Shown in pieces: positions 31,299-45,271 of a DNA stretch of 64,000 bases; the first letter of the stretch is position 1, and each line of letters starts with the position of its first letter. Source of the stretch: Laetmonice hystrix (taxonomy: Eukaryota). Where the stretch lies: assembly GCA_965235115.1 (NCBI GenBank), contig OZ249439.1, positions 28,148,001-28,212,000 on the forward strand, written 5' to 3'. The notes under the pieces were generated by a model that saw only the letters and a list, made by a program, of their open reading frames with translations, was not told the origin of the DNA and did no database searches. The position numbers and the translations under genes are program-made.

Positions 31299-33584
31299 AG
31301 ACGCGGGCCTTCGTTGACCAATGGCGTCGCTGTGACGCAATGCTGACGTCATCCAGATCCCCGGCGTAACGAACGGGAACGTCGAGGCGTGAAAGTGCTC
31401 GGTTCGCTGCAGCGACACGTCAAAACAACGCTTTCGACCAGTCTGGTCGCTCTGCTGCTACCTGACGGTGGAGGGTGACAACGTTGCCCAGGCGTGGCTG
31501 GTAACCTAGCAACACAACGTCCCAGCTCCATGGAAACGCGACGTTTGCGTGAAAGGTGATGGAAGCCCGCGTCAGTGGTGACAGTCCTATCTAACATCAG
31601 CCACTCACAATTAAAGAAAGGCTCAGAAAGTCTACCATGCAGAACGCTAAAAAAAAGGGGGGTGGTAGAAGTCTAGAAGAAAATTCTTCACTAACCCAAA
31701 CGGGAATGTTCATAATCAAGACAACAGATACAGAATACAACTCGAATAGACTGCATACATGAATATAACTCGTGAACTTACAATAGGCTTAAACTCTTGC
31801 TTTCGATTACAGCTGTAATAGGCAATAGACCTATGTATAAGACAATTATCCAATGGATAAAGCTTGATTAAAAACTGAGGTTGACTGAGTTAGGGACCTG
31901 ATTATAGGCCTTCAAAATCTACTCTCTTTTTTACACATATTTTACTTGGGTTTGTTTGTGGGCCACAGCTTATACATAAATGTTATGTAGATTTGATTTG
32001 ATAACGCGACGGTATACAGAAGTATCCGTCTTTACACAGGGGGTTTTCGGACCTAGGTGTCCATCAACTATTTCCCCCGTCTTGGCAATAGAAAGACAAC
32101 GCAAAGAAGGCAAAAAGTAGAAAAATTGTCATAAAAAATGAGTGGTCTCTCTTAGCTATATGATTATATGGATCTTGTTAAAGGCAAGTGTCATTTGTGT
32201 ATTTTCATATGGTGAAAAAAGCTGGTTGACAGAGACTTTGTACATATGACTCTTTAAAGATGCGTCCTAAGATGTCTTTATAGGCTAGGGTAGAAAGGAG
32301 CCTTGATTGACGGTTTGAGGAAGAATACATTCCGTCAAGGGCTAAAGGATGTCACCCGTTTTTACGGCAGCATGGTTGGGGGCAACACCCGGCCAAATAT
32401 GGCATGGATTGTGGGCACCCGTTGTGGCCCAGATGTCGGTGCTATCTAGAGCGAAAAAAAGGCCAAACACAACATCACGTGTTTGTCCTAATTGGAGCGA
32501 TCTGTTCATTGTCGAACAGTAATTTTTTTTAATTGCTTGGGAATTACATCTTCACAGAAAAAAACAAACACAAACAAATCGAAATCGAAGACTCTTTCTT
32601 GATTACAAACAGACATGGTCACTGTGCACTGTATTTTAAAAAAAAAAGAACTTAAATTTTTGAGAATTATTTATTGTATTTATTATATGTTTATAGAGTG
32701 CCGGTCCTGTATCTAGAGGTCTCGTTCTAGGATACAGATCTCGTGGCATCCAAAAGAATAGTTAGACTATCACCGGAAGGTTTTTTCTCTCTAGCGGGCG
32801 TTGCCTTTGCAGTTTACCCGCTGAAGACCAGAGAATAATCTTAAAAGATGAAAGTTATATTTTTTGCCTTTTGAAATATATTTTTATATGTAAGATGTCT
32901 TCTACGCATTCATCGAGGAAAGTCCCTCGTTGTTTACCAAACAGATTTCCACGACATTTTAACGTGATACCTATATTCGCCAGGAGGTGATGATATGTGT
33001 TTTTGTCATGGAGGGTTAGTTGGGACCCCCCTGATTTTTACTAACCCATATCCTTAGAATCGGTGCTAAGGCCTTCACCTGGTGGTTGGCAAAAATGTTG
33101 TATAGGTATACGAGTCCAGTTTACATTGTATGTGCCTTAAATCTATTTTCCTTGCTTCCGAAGCGCAGCTGAGTCTTTGATCTTTGATTGTTGAAGCGGG
33201 CTCCACAAAAGCCGATGCTGGCATTGTTAATTGTTTGTATTTGAATTGTTTGGTGACTTAAGAAAAATGAACGAAAGGTGACTATAATGTGGCCGATACT
33301 TGTAGGTAATATCCTACAGTCGTATCCTATTACTGTTATCACATGTTGTTATTAGAATCCGAATAAGTGGTTGTTGATGTTGTTTATGAAAAGAAGTCAC
33401 TTGTTTACGTGTGCATTTCGCTCTGATTATTTCACCGTATAATGGTGACTATAGTTGTCAATACAAGTGCCACTAAGACGACATAGTCATTTGTGTCAGA
33501 CTTTTTCATAGAGATGGACAATTAGAATGTCTTGCCAAAGAAAATCGGACTAAATATTTACGTCTGACCCTGATTGTAAATGAT

Positions 33585-33590
33585 AATAAA
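33585..33590 (+). promoter_or_regulatory. Candidate KLF5 polyadenylation signal (about 2.3-kb 3' UTR)
   Basis: AATAAA after a long AU-rich, TE-poor stretch downstream of the stop at 31298. Confidence 0.4.
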
Positions 33591-34096
33591 GAAAATATAT
33601 ATGAAGAGTATTTCTAAGATTTGTGTTCAATTTCTACGCCCATGAAAACCAAACTTCCTAAATCACCATATTTCCGTTTTACTCTGCAATTTAATTCTGC
33701 CTCACTAAAGTCAAAATACATAGACCTTAGTGTTAATAAATCTGCCTAACCAAAGTCAGAATACATAGACCTTGGCGTTACGTTTGTGTAAGTCTACTGA
33801 AAAATATGATAATAACGGATAGGCCTACCCCCCCCCCCCAATCACATGGCTTGTTTTTTAAGACACACTAAAGGAATTTAGAAACGTGTACTCGTGTGAC
33901 CTGCTAAAGATCCTGGAAAAAAATAGACCTTTAGGAAAGTCCCGGAAATTTGATCCTGATTTCTGTCCGAATTATTGAAGATAAACAAACACAGCACGTG
34001 TCATATTCTTTAGAGGCCTATGTATGCCCCGTATACTCTGTCTTTGTTTTCATTCCGTGTTTTAGACTCCAGAACAAAATGTATGGCAACGTGTTT

Positions 34097-34246
34097 CAGG
34101 GCCGTGCCCAGAGATTGGTGCAGGGGGGTTATTGGTGCAGGGGGGGGGGGTTAAGTATTAGTTAGGACCTAAAAAGCTTAAAAAGAAAGAAATCTTTGGC
34201 ACCTAGGGGGTTACAGACCCCCCCCCCCCCCCCCGGCACGGCCCTG
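34097..34246. mobile_element. CAG..CTG MITE with 5-bp TSD
   Basis: CAGGGCCGTGCC..GGCACGGCCCTG; TSD TGTTT on both sides. Confidence 0.85.
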
Positions 34247-35108
34247 TGTTTTAAAGGTATTTGCTGATGTAGGCCTATAATTATATTACCTCGATTCGTG
34301 AAGTAGGCCTAATTGGAAAACATTGGAAAACATTAAAAAATGTGTTCTGGAGACTATTTTGGCACGCCACTTCCTTGCATAGCCCATAAACATGAGCCAA
34401 CACAATGACTGTATAATGCGCTGCTTCCTGTAGAAGGAACAATAACGCTACACCTGGTCTATAGCATAGGCCTAAGTGGTACACTAAATTTTCCAGGACA
34501 TTTTCGATTACTGAAAGTCCTCGTAGAATATGGTGCACCTCGTTAACCCGGAAGTGTACCGTGACCATGACAACCACAAGTGTCATGGCGTTACGTCGCG
34601 CACAAGCGTTGTCAGTTTTGCAGACTGATTCAACATAGAACACATCATTGTAACAGTATAAGGTATATATCTTTAATCATTCGTTGCTAATTGACCGTAA
34701 TCAGTATATGTGCATTATTCCTGCACGTGGCCGATACGTGAACGGACACGTTACGGACAGGAACTCAGTAATCAAGTCTATATCCAATGGGGAGGGAGTC
34801 TAGAGATTCTCTAGGCCCTACTCCTTACTCCTATAGCCTAATAAGTGGGAGGGAGGAACACGTTTAAGGCCGCGCCAAATGAATGAGTAGGCCTAACTCA
34901 TAGGTTAATACTTGAAACACTCTCATACACAAATACTTGGACGAAACTTCCTAATTTACGACCACGTACGTGTCTTGATCGTCTTGAAAAATATGGCCCT
35001 CTTTATCGTACCTTGGTTACAAGTACAACTTACTGCCATCACAAACTGAACTTAGGGACCCATGACACATGAATCGCAACAAGTAGGTATACAGAGTACT
35101 ATCACTAA

Positions 35109-35150
35109 TGTCACGTGATGTCACCTTCCCTCTGATTGGTTATAAAAGCG
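35109..35150 (+). promoter_or_regulatory. Orphan Pol II core-promoter-like cluster
   Basis: GTCACGTGAT E-box (35110), CTGATTGG inverted CCAAT (35132), TATAAAAG (35141) in canonical order and spacing. Confidence 0.4.
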
Positions 35151-37063
35151 GTTACAACAGTACAAGTCATAGTTCCAATATAAATATGACACCCCCCCCC
35201 CTCTCTCTTCAATAACCCTCAAGGTTAGTGCAACTCGTGTTGATCGATATCTAGGTCAACTCTCTTTATCAATGATATGCGCCTTATTCACCGGTGACTG
35301 TACCGAAAGCAACTATACTGCATGACTGAATTAGGAATGAAAAAAAAATGGTGGCCTGTAAAAAGGACAAGACGCAACTTCGTGGAAATTCTTACAGGTC
35401 GGAGATTGTCGGTTGATTGTTGGTTTGCACTGAGATATTGAGATTAGATATAATGTTGTGACGTCTGAAACTGGTTCGTGGTAAGAGAGGATCATATCTG
35501 GCAGATAAATATTTGCAGGGTTGAAAGGTAGGGAATAGGCTGTTGAAATTTGGGAGAAACGAGGAAGATGGTGTTTTTTTTCACAAAATTTCAATGCATT
35601 GCAGTGGCGTTAAAATCATTAGGGCTAAGAGGCATGTTGTGCTGCCTATAAAGTCCCTATACTTGAATTCAGAGATATCTTTAAAATAAGTGTGCATGGT
35701 TCATTTTAAACAACCCCCAAAATATATGCACAAATAATACTTTTGATCGGAGAAATTACTTAATGCCTTGGCATAATGCCATTTCTTCATAATATACTGT
35801 GTTTTAATTTGATGTGAATGATCAGACCTACTCTGTGAAATCTAGTTTCATACACATTTTGTGTATTGGCAAATTCATATGTGCCATATTTATGAAGATC
35901 TGTGCTGCCCGCCGCAGGGCCACACGTGCTCTCTCCAACATAAACATTAACACGGAAGGTCCACCGGAAATGGCCCAACGCGCATGTCCCAGCGGTCACC
36001 GGACATAGAAGCCCTGTTCAAGAAATCGTGATTTCTCATGCAAAACTACATCGATCATTTTATAATTGTTACTCCTTTGTTTTCGATTACATAGGATATA
36101 ATTAGAAAGGCAAATCTATAGTAATTAGAAATACGTAGTTTTGATTATGTTCTCGTGATGGGCCTCTTTAAATACCAGCTTGAACATGCCTTAGGTGTTT
36201 AGATGTTTACGTCTGTGTGCCTGGCCGGTCCTAGCGAGGGGCCTGGACAGAGGAGACATTCAGCACGCCACCCTTCCAGGACATATGTGGTCACTTCGAC
36301 CGGACATTCACCAGTGGGGGTCATGGGAAAATGCTTTCTTCTTGACACACGCATCCTCCTGTGGTCGACAAGACGTTGTTTTCAAAACGAGGATGTGCGA
36401 CCGTAAAATTCAATATTGATGGCAAATGTATATATGCAATAGGTTATGTTTTTTTGCCATGGAACTAAGTATACGCGTGCAGCCTATAAAGTATGCTAAC
36501 AAAAACGATATATTCACTCGTCCACAGGACGTCGATTTATTTCTTCGAACAAAATGCCACAACAAGCATGGTTTCGTGCTTTGATCTTTAGTATCGCTGC
36601 TATGCACCTCGGACTAAGGAAAGATGTATGTAGATGAGTCCGCAATAAAATATACTCCGTTGAACGGGCCTTTTTAATTTTTTTTTAATTTTTATTATCG
36701 CCTACTAATCATACGGAATGGCACAACGCAAGGGTCGCATCTTTCGATATACTGTATATTGACCAAATACTACAACAAGAAAGTGTCTTATACTTGACAT
36801 ACAAAATAACGATGTAAAGAAGGCTTTTATTTTATACTTAGAAATTAGCACAATAAAGAGACTCATCTTACAGCTAGTATATACTGTATGTCTATATACG
36901 AAATAGTACAACAAGAAAGGGAGTTATTCTTTTAATCTGAACATACAAAACAGAATTGAAAAATTCTGTTTTGTATGTTCAGATATCGTCCTATGATAAA
37001 CCTTTCGACATAATAATTCAGCCACATGCAGGGTGGACATTATCTCATTGAAGTACATGTATA

Positions 37064-38192
37064 TGTCGTGGCCCAGATCCCAATCTGGCCCAGTTGCCAA
37101 TTGGTCCGGACCAGATCCCAATTGGGATCTGGTCCGGCCCAGATACCAATTGGGATCTGGTCCAGACCAATTGGAAACTGGACCGGACCAGATCACAATT
37201 GGGATCTGGGCTGGCCTGGATGCCAATTAGGATCTGGGCCGGACCAATTGGAAACTGGACCGGACCAGATCACAATTGGCATCTGGGCTGGCCTGGATGC
37301 CAATTTGGATCTGGGCCGGACCAATTGGAAACTGGACCGGACCAGATCCCAATTGGCATCTGGGCTGGCCTGGATGCCAATCGAGGTTTTCAGTCATAGG
37401 ATTGGGATCTGGTCTGGACCAGTTGGCAACTGGTCCAGGCGAAATAATGATTTCAAATAATGAGTCTTGGTCCAGATCCAAATCCTGGTTCTTCATCATG
37501 GATTTAGTAAAATAATTGTATGTATTTTATTTCAAATACACAGGGCATTGTAAACGAAAATAGGCCTAGTTAAAATAAATAAATACAAAATACCCAATTA
37601 AATAGCACTCCATCGCATTGCAACCCCCTCTTTAAAGGGCAAGGAAAATGTTTTTGAAAAAAAGTTCCTTTTATCCCATGGACTATTTTTTTCCTACACA
37701 GCACATTGTCAACGAAAATAGTTACAATGAACAAATACCAGGAACCAGGATTTGGATCTGGACCAAGAGTCATTGGATTGGGATCTGGGCTGGACCAGAT
37801 TGAAATCATTATTTCGCCTGGACCAGTTGCCAACTGGTCCAGACCAGATCCCAATCCTATGACTGAAAACCTCGATTGGCATCCAGGCCAGCCCAGATGC
37901 CAATTGGGATCTGGTCCGGTTCAGTTTCCAATTGGTCCGACCCAGATTCCAATTGGCATCCAGGCCAGCCCAGATGCCAATTGTGATCTGGTCCGGTCCA
38001 GTTTCCAATTGGTCCGGACCAGATCCCAATTGGTATCTGGGCCAGCCCAGATGCCAATTGTGATCTGGTCCGATCCAGTTTCCAATTGGTCCAGACCAGA
38101 TCCCAATTGGTATCTGGGCCGGACCAGATCCCAATTGGCATCTGGTCCGGACCAATTGGCAACTGGGCCAGATTGGGATCTGGGCCACGACA
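37064..38192. mobile_element. Foldback element (1129 bp) with about 430-450-bp modular inverted arms
   Basis: TGTCGTGGCCCAGATCCCAAT.. / ..ATTGGGATCTGGGCCACGACA; arms 37064-37491 and 37742-38192; 250-bp AT-rich spacer; TATA on both flanks. Confidence 0.88.
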
Positions 38193-39090
38193 TATATATA
38201 GCGTGGTGTTTGCAGAGCCTGCGCCGATTTGTCACCCCATATCCATGACATCTGCAGGTTACTGTGTGAGCCGAGGTCGTGGCCACCATGCGTTGACATA
38301 CTTTTATGTAAACACCGCGCCACAAACTGACGGCAGGCTTGTGGTAATACTGGTGACCATGGACGGACCAAAAGATCTCCTCGTCCAGAGGGGGGGGGAT
38401 ATTGTGGGGAAGGGGTGAGAAGTCGGTCAATGTCGCAGACAGGGAGGGAGCGCAAAGATGAAAAGTAAATTTCATATGAAAAGTAAGTTTCATCTTTCAT
38501 CATATATACAAGATCATCTACAGGCCTATAACGACTATAGGTAATCTATCGACGTACAGTACATTATAGGCAGGCTGCCGAGAGGCATGCGAATATTTAT
38601 AACCCCAAAAACATACAATACGGTTGTATCGCCCAGCTGTGTTCAAAGCATCTGTTTGTGTTTCGTTTCAGTGTGTCCTGTCATGTACATATATGTCATA
38701 GGAGCATCACCATCAGTACAAACACTACCTATACATGTACTCTTATGTAAAGTATACTAACATAATATACAGTATAAAATTGGGGCCGCTACCGACAGAA
38801 CATAAAATAATATATAGATATATGTTTTCAGTAAGCTATAGATAATGTGTCCTGCTCAGACTATTTACAAGATGTTGTCAAGTCGGAACTTGTAGGAACT
38901 TTAATCGGCATTAATTGGATTGAGTGATAAACTGAGTACCTTAGAATGTTTAATATAGGTGCATCTTATCGATGGACTGTTGATAACATATGTCAACTAT
39001 CTCGGGCTGGGGCTGGGGGCGACTTCTTGTGAACGGTGGCATCGGAACCGGAACCAGGCATCGGCCTGAGATCTACTATACGGGTTCACG

Positions 39091-39099
39091 TCTCTCTCT

Positions 39100-39149
<50 letters not shown>

Positions 39150-39302
39150 TCTCTCCCCCTCCCCTCCCTCTCTCCCACTCTGCCCCCGCTCTCTCTTTTC
39201 ACCCTCCCCCCTTAATTCCCCCCTCTCTCTCCCCCCCCTCTCTCTCTCTCTCTCTCTCCCGCTCTCTCCCTCTTTCCTTCCCTCCATCCCCCTCCCTCCC
39301 CC

Positions 39303-39365
<63 letters not shown>
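39091..39365. repeat. (CT)n / polypyrimidine tract
   Basis: About 275 nt almost purely C/T on the plus strand, with (CT)n blocks at both ends. Confidence 0.97.
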
Positions 39366-39368
<3 letters not shown>

Positions 39369-40367
39369 CCCACTCTCTCCCCTTATCAACCCCACTGCTA
39401 TCGCATTATCAGTTAAGACTATTCTTAACGTCACATCGAGATGTCACAAGCTCAATATAGCTCAATCTCACAGGTAGATTTATCAACTATGCGAGGAAAT
39501 CTTTCAAGTCGTAACAGCTTCTGATTTTAACAACAAACGCCCCATGGTTCAGAGGCTGTTCCGTCATTTATTGGATTTACCAGTTCCCTTTTAGAGAACT
39601 CCCATTTGCAATAAAAACTTTTTCTTTTATTTCCTCATTTGCGTGTGTTTATGCATATATACATAATTCATAATAATAATCCCAGGATGTCCGTTTTTTA
39701 AACCATGTAAAATAACAATTATTGTGGATCCAATTACGCTGGTGTTTAGTGGCGTTACCCCCCCCCCCCCAAGCCAATTTCTTTTCCATTGAACTTTTTT
39801 GAATTGACCATGCTAACCCCCAAGCTAATTCTCCCCCTTAACCCCCCCCCCCCCCTTAACAAAATCCTGGATCCGCCCCTGAATAAAATATAACTGCATG
39901 GTTTTTCCCCATCCGATATGATAAGGGTTGCTATCGGTCCGGCAGTTAGGCAATTCCAAGACGAGTGATACTTAGCTTAATTAGTTTAATTAGTTCCTTG
40001 ATGGGAACCAAGCAGGTCAACCCGAACAGCAACAATGAGTACGAAAAAATATAACGTCCAGTCCGAATAGAGGCTGTTTGATCGTGGAGGTTACTGGGGA
40101 AGGCTCTCGATCAAACACAGACCCCAGATTCACCGCAAACGGCCGACCGAGCGCTCAACGTTCAAAAGCCCTGAACGTTCCATAACATTTCAGTTTTGAA
40201 CGCACCTCGGGACCACAAAGTTGCATGGAAAGACCCCGCGTCTTGTCCTGTCCAGGAAGATGATGCCGGGGCGGGAGGGCGGGAAAAAATACAACAAAAA
40301 CTTCGAGTGCGTCTCGTCAAGTGCGTGTATACGCCTTATTTGGCCACGACACGCTGCATAAGTTCAG

Positions 40368-40538
40368 GGGTCCGTTCCACTAACGAAAGACGTCTTTGGC
40401 AAAGACGTCTTTGGAAAGACGTCTTTGCGGCGCCAATGTTAAAGAATAGGATCTTAGTGGAACAGCCGTCGCCGCAAAGACCTCTTTGGGCTTAGCGACC
40501 ATTTCAAAGAGGTCTTTCGGGCTTAGTGGAACGGACCC
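40368..40538. mobile_element. Harbinger-type MITE (family of 27083-27254)
   Basis: Perfect TIR GGGTCCGTTCCACTAA / TTAGTGGAACGGACCC; TSD CAG/CAG. Confidence 0.92.
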
Positions 40539-43500
40539 CAGGGTGTTTACACCGAATGATTCAGCGTTTACTGATAACTATTTTAAATGCGGACGAACAC
40601 GTAATGCAGCTCAAGGATAAAAAGATACGTTTCTTATAGGCCTATAGCCTAGTTGACGGTTGGCATGTTGTTACAGTAAAGGAGACGATTTAAGTTTCTA
40701 TTTGAGAGAAAGAGTTTCGACCAGAATACGGATGCATTTTTAGGTCCTTTCAGACATGAGTGGTGCATGTGGATTGAGGGTTGAGGCTGGGCGCGTCTTT
40801 ATGAAGGTTAAACGTTACCAGAGCCGGATTTCGGAGGCGGGGGGGGGGAGTACGTCCGCCCCCTTCAAAATTTCCTGGATTCGTCTTTCTTTCTCTCTTT
40901 TCTGAAAGAGGGCATATTTACTACGACCGCACATTCAACCTTCATCAATCCCCCCCCCCCCCCCAAAAAAAAGGAGGGGATCCAAGAAAAGAGGTGGCCC
41001 AATATTGATCAGCAATAATTAAAAAAAGATCATTTATCTAAGCGTTAACGGAGAGGGGGGCTGTGAGGCGACCTGCAACCCTCCCGTCCCACCATTGGCC
41101 AATGTCGTATTGTCAAAAAGAGGGAGAACCGAAGAATAGTATATGTGTGTGCCTGGCAGCTTCGTTCCTGTGGTCTTGAGAAGCACATAGCCCGTTGGCA
41201 GAGAGCTGTGTTGACAGTCGGACGTCTGTGGCTTGGCCTATGTTTTAGGAGCTCGTTCTATATGTATACATATGTCAACTATATCCCTGGTCGGCGTGGT
41301 TCAGTCAATGCGCGCGCTAACGGTCTCCAAGGTGACAGTGTGATGTCCTACTGGTCCACTTGGGTCGACGCCAAGAGTTACGTACGGCCTGGAGGCTGTG
41401 GTGTCCTATAGACCCCTCTAGATATACTATCACAGAATGTACTCACAGTATGTGTATACACGTACATTAAACTTTGCTTGTATTAGAGTGAGACAATATA
41501 TTGTAAATAATTTCTTTTAGAATATCAACATTATAATATCACGCCTGCCATACCACGTTTGCTGCTTTTCGATGTTCTTTCCATTTTTTTTAGCAAGTGC
41601 CATAAACGATATTGGTATTTTGAGAGGGGGCGTTGTCTAATTTTTCAACATAAACTATGGGAAGTTGAGCTAGAACTGTCACATACATGAAATGGACGTA
41701 TATTAGGAATTATTAGTCTGAGATGGGGACACTAATCGGCATGGTTATGTTCGCATGCATGTGTGTTGGACAGAATACCCCCCTCCCCCACAACACAAAT
41801 CTATCCGCGCCTGGACGTGGTATACGCTGAGAACCAAATCTTATAATAAATCCAATTAGTCCAACTGTACAGCAAATAGGCTATAAAAGATAGATCGTAT
41901 CTCTTGCCCTGAGGTAAATGCTGGTGTTCCATTTGGTCTACGAAACCTTATTTGCTGCGTGTGTTTACCCTCCCTTTAAAGTACAATATACCCCGACTTT
42001 CTTATTTGGGCTGACCTAAAAGTCTGATAGAGGGCTTAGTATTTGATCATTTTAGAACTTTTGATTATAGGTAGATAGATTAGTAGACAAAGATAATTAT
42101 ATGAGTGGCATAGTGCCCCCTGTATATAGTTCGATGATTAATCAACGAATTAGTCAGGGGAGTTCTCTAAAGAAGTCATGAGTCAGATGTACTGAAAAGG
42201 GACGTTTTGGTAAAAGTACGCAATATTCCCATACCCGTCAAACGAATTAACCTACGACCTTCCACGGCTTTTTATTGGCAAAGACCTCGTTTTGAAGTTC
42301 GGTGTGTCAGTAGCTTAATTATGAGAGATCAAAGATCAATAGTTTGGAGAAAGACATCCAGACGAAAAGAAGGAAAGCAGAAAAACTATCACCACATCCA
42401 TCCGATAAAACCTCGGGCATATTTTGAGAGAACATGCAAATGCAAAAGAGCACGGGTGTCATTTTTATGTGACCTTTGACATGTTCAAGAATGGATCCGA
42501 GGCATCTAAGGTCACGGAGATATCAAGTAGGGCTAGTATAGCCTGTTTCCTTGTTTCTTTGATTGAACCTGTTCAATTGCCGCAAAACATATTGTATGTG
42601 TGTGCCATATCGGCACAAACACATATTTACATTATTATGTATATAGCGTGATATATATAGCGTATATAGCGTCAGTATTCTTTCCAATATTGTGAAGGGT
42701 CCTATCAAAATAAAGTCTGAAATAGTCGTAAACAGGCAAGTGCGATTTGTTTTTATTATTTGCAGGATCGAGAACACTTTCCCTCTAAACTATTGAATAA
42801 GGCTCATAATGTCCAGGTTTAACGGCTAAACCCTCACAACCACCATTCCTACCTCTCGGATTCTGACGTAATAATTCTCGATTTTTTACAAGGCGTATTC
42901 CTTGTAACGCATGATATAATATTAAGATTTTGAGGGGATGGGAGGGATACTTTTAAAAAAGCTAACAATTGTTCGGTCAACTTCACTGAAAACCTAATTA
43001 AATTCCTGAAACAATTAAAAAAAGAATGAAGATCAACGTTAAAGGCCCATCCTATACGATTACCATGCACTGGCCCGTGTAGGACTCCATAGGACTCTAC
43101 CGCCCGCACGGTTTACAGTTCGAAGCCTGTGACTTGAGGGATGACGTGGAAATAATTATGTCCCCATCTCAATAGCCTCGCGCGGGATGTATGACCTGCA
43201 CATTATGATGATGTCCGCGCATATAGAGGAGGGGATTCCCCCAGTTAAACGGTGTTGTATGGCGAGGTGAGGCTATAATTGAGATTCCAAGTGGGTTTTT
43301 TTTTGCGTTTTGTTGGTTTTTTTTGCGTTTTTTTTCTTTTGGTAGGGGGCGAGACGGACCTTTACGCGACTTATAGAAATTCGCTGCCTCGTGAGCGTAT
43401 CCTTTCACATTATTACGGAGCTACATTTTTTGTGGTGGTCGTGATTAAGCAGTCTTTTCAAAATCAGATCTAGCTCTCAGGAAAAAAGTGAGGACCCCCA

Positions 43501-43716
43501 CACACCTGGGAAACACTCTTTATTTTCTTGGAATTTCCCCCTTCCCTTCTTTGATTGTAAAGTATAAATCAAAACACACCCAGTTCTTCCGACTAACATT
43601 TATCGAAAGGAATAGGAGTTTCCCAGGTGTGGGTTGGCTCCTTATCATCATTATAAATGAATTAATAAAATCAATTGTTTTCGCCCTGAAGAAAGCCAAA
43701 TGAACGATTCACTCAC

Positions 43717-45271
43717 TCACTAAAACAAATATAGGCTGTCACAGCAGTAGGCCTACTACCATCATGTGATGAAGTCACTAAAACAAACAGAGGCTGTCAC
43801 AGCAGTAGGCCTACTAACATCATGTGATGAAGTCACTGAAACAAATAGAGGCTGTCACAGCAGTAGGCCTACTAACATAGGGTGATGAAGTCACTGAAAC
43901 AAACAGAGGCTGTCACAGCAGTAGGCCTACTACCATAGGGTGATGAAGTCACTAAAACAAATAGAGGCTGTCACAGCAGTAGGCCTACTACCATCATGTG
44001 ATGAAGTCACTGAAACAAATATAGGTTGTCACAGCAGTAGGCCTACTACCATCATGTGATGAAGTCACTGAAACAAACAGAGGCTGTCACAGCAGTAGGC
44101 CTACTAGGGTGATGAAGTCACTAAAACAAACAGAGGCTGTCACAGCAGTAGGCCTACTACCATCATGTGATGAAGTCACTGAAACAAACAGAGGCTGTCA
44201 CAGCAGTAGGCCTACTAACATAGGGTGATGAAGTCACTGAAACAAACAGAGGCTGTCACAGCAGTAGGCCTACTACCATCATGTGATGAAGTCACTGAAA
44301 CAAATATAGGTTGTCACAGCAGTAGGCCTACTACCATCATGTGATGAAGTCACTGAAACAAATATAGGTTGTCACAGCAGTAGGCCTACTACCATAGGGT
44401 GATGAAGTCACTGAAACAAACAGAGGCTGTCACAGCAGTAGGCCTACTACCATCATGTGATGAAGTCACTGAAACAAACAGAGGCTGTCACAGCAGTAGG
44501 CCTACTAACATAGGGTGATGAAGTCACTGAAACAAACAGAGGCTGTCACAGCAGTAGGCCTACTACCATCATGTGATGAAGTCACTGAAACAAATATAGG
44601 TTGTCACAGCAGTAGGCCTACTACCATCATGTGATGAAGTCACTGAAACAAATATAGGTTGTCACAGCAGTAGGCCTACTACCATAGGGTGATGAAGTCA
44701 CTGAAACAAACAGAGGCTGTCACAGCAGTAGGCCTACTACCATCATGTGATGAAGTCACTGAAACAAATATAGGTTGTCACAGCAGTAGGCCTACTAACA
44801 TAGGGTGATGAAGTCACTGAAACAAATAGAGGCTGTCACAGCAGTAGGCCTACTACCATCATGTGATGAAGTCACTAAAACAAACAGAAGCTGTCACAGC
44901 AGTAGGCCTACTACCATAGGGTGATGAAGTCACTGAAACAAATAGAGGCTGTCACAGCAGTAGGCCTACTACCATCATGTGATGAAGTCACTAAAACAAA
45001 CAGAAGCTGTCACAGCAGTAGGCCTACTACCATAGGGTGATGAAGTCACTGAAACAAACAGAGGCTGTGACAGCAGGCCTACTACCATCATGTGATGAAG
45101 TCACTAAAACAAACAGAGGCTGTCACAGCAGTAGGCCTACTACCATCATGTGATGAAGTCACTAAAACAAACAGAGGCTGTCACAGCAGTAGGCCTACTA
45201 CCATCATGTGATGAAGTCACTAAAACAAACAGAAGCTGTCACAGAAGTAGGCCTACTAGAGTGATGAAGTC
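43717..45271. repeat. 58-bp tandem repeat, about 26-27 units
   Basis: GATGAAGTCACTGAAACAAACAGAGGCTGTCACAGCAGTAGGCCTACTACCATCATGT, with variant tail ..CATAGGGT. Confidence 0.98.

Noticed and set aside
38302-38379. Possible 78-nt minus-strand exon with pyrimidine tract and GTATGT donor
   Set aside because: No recognisable protein motif and no partner exons found; cannot be supported without RNA data.
37026-38503. Several 100-264-aa ORFs (WSGPD/GIWAG repeats)
   Set aside because: Products of the stop-poor foldback repeat, open in several frames on both strands.
41145-41411. Small ORF ending in CaaX-like CGVL
   Set aside because: GTG start, no homology recognised, no splice context; expected by chance.
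43717-45271. Regular palindrome-containing array as CRISPR
   Set aside because: Whole units repeat with no unique spacers, there are no cas genes, and the context is eukaryotic; the same applies to 17939-18960 and 52746-53215.
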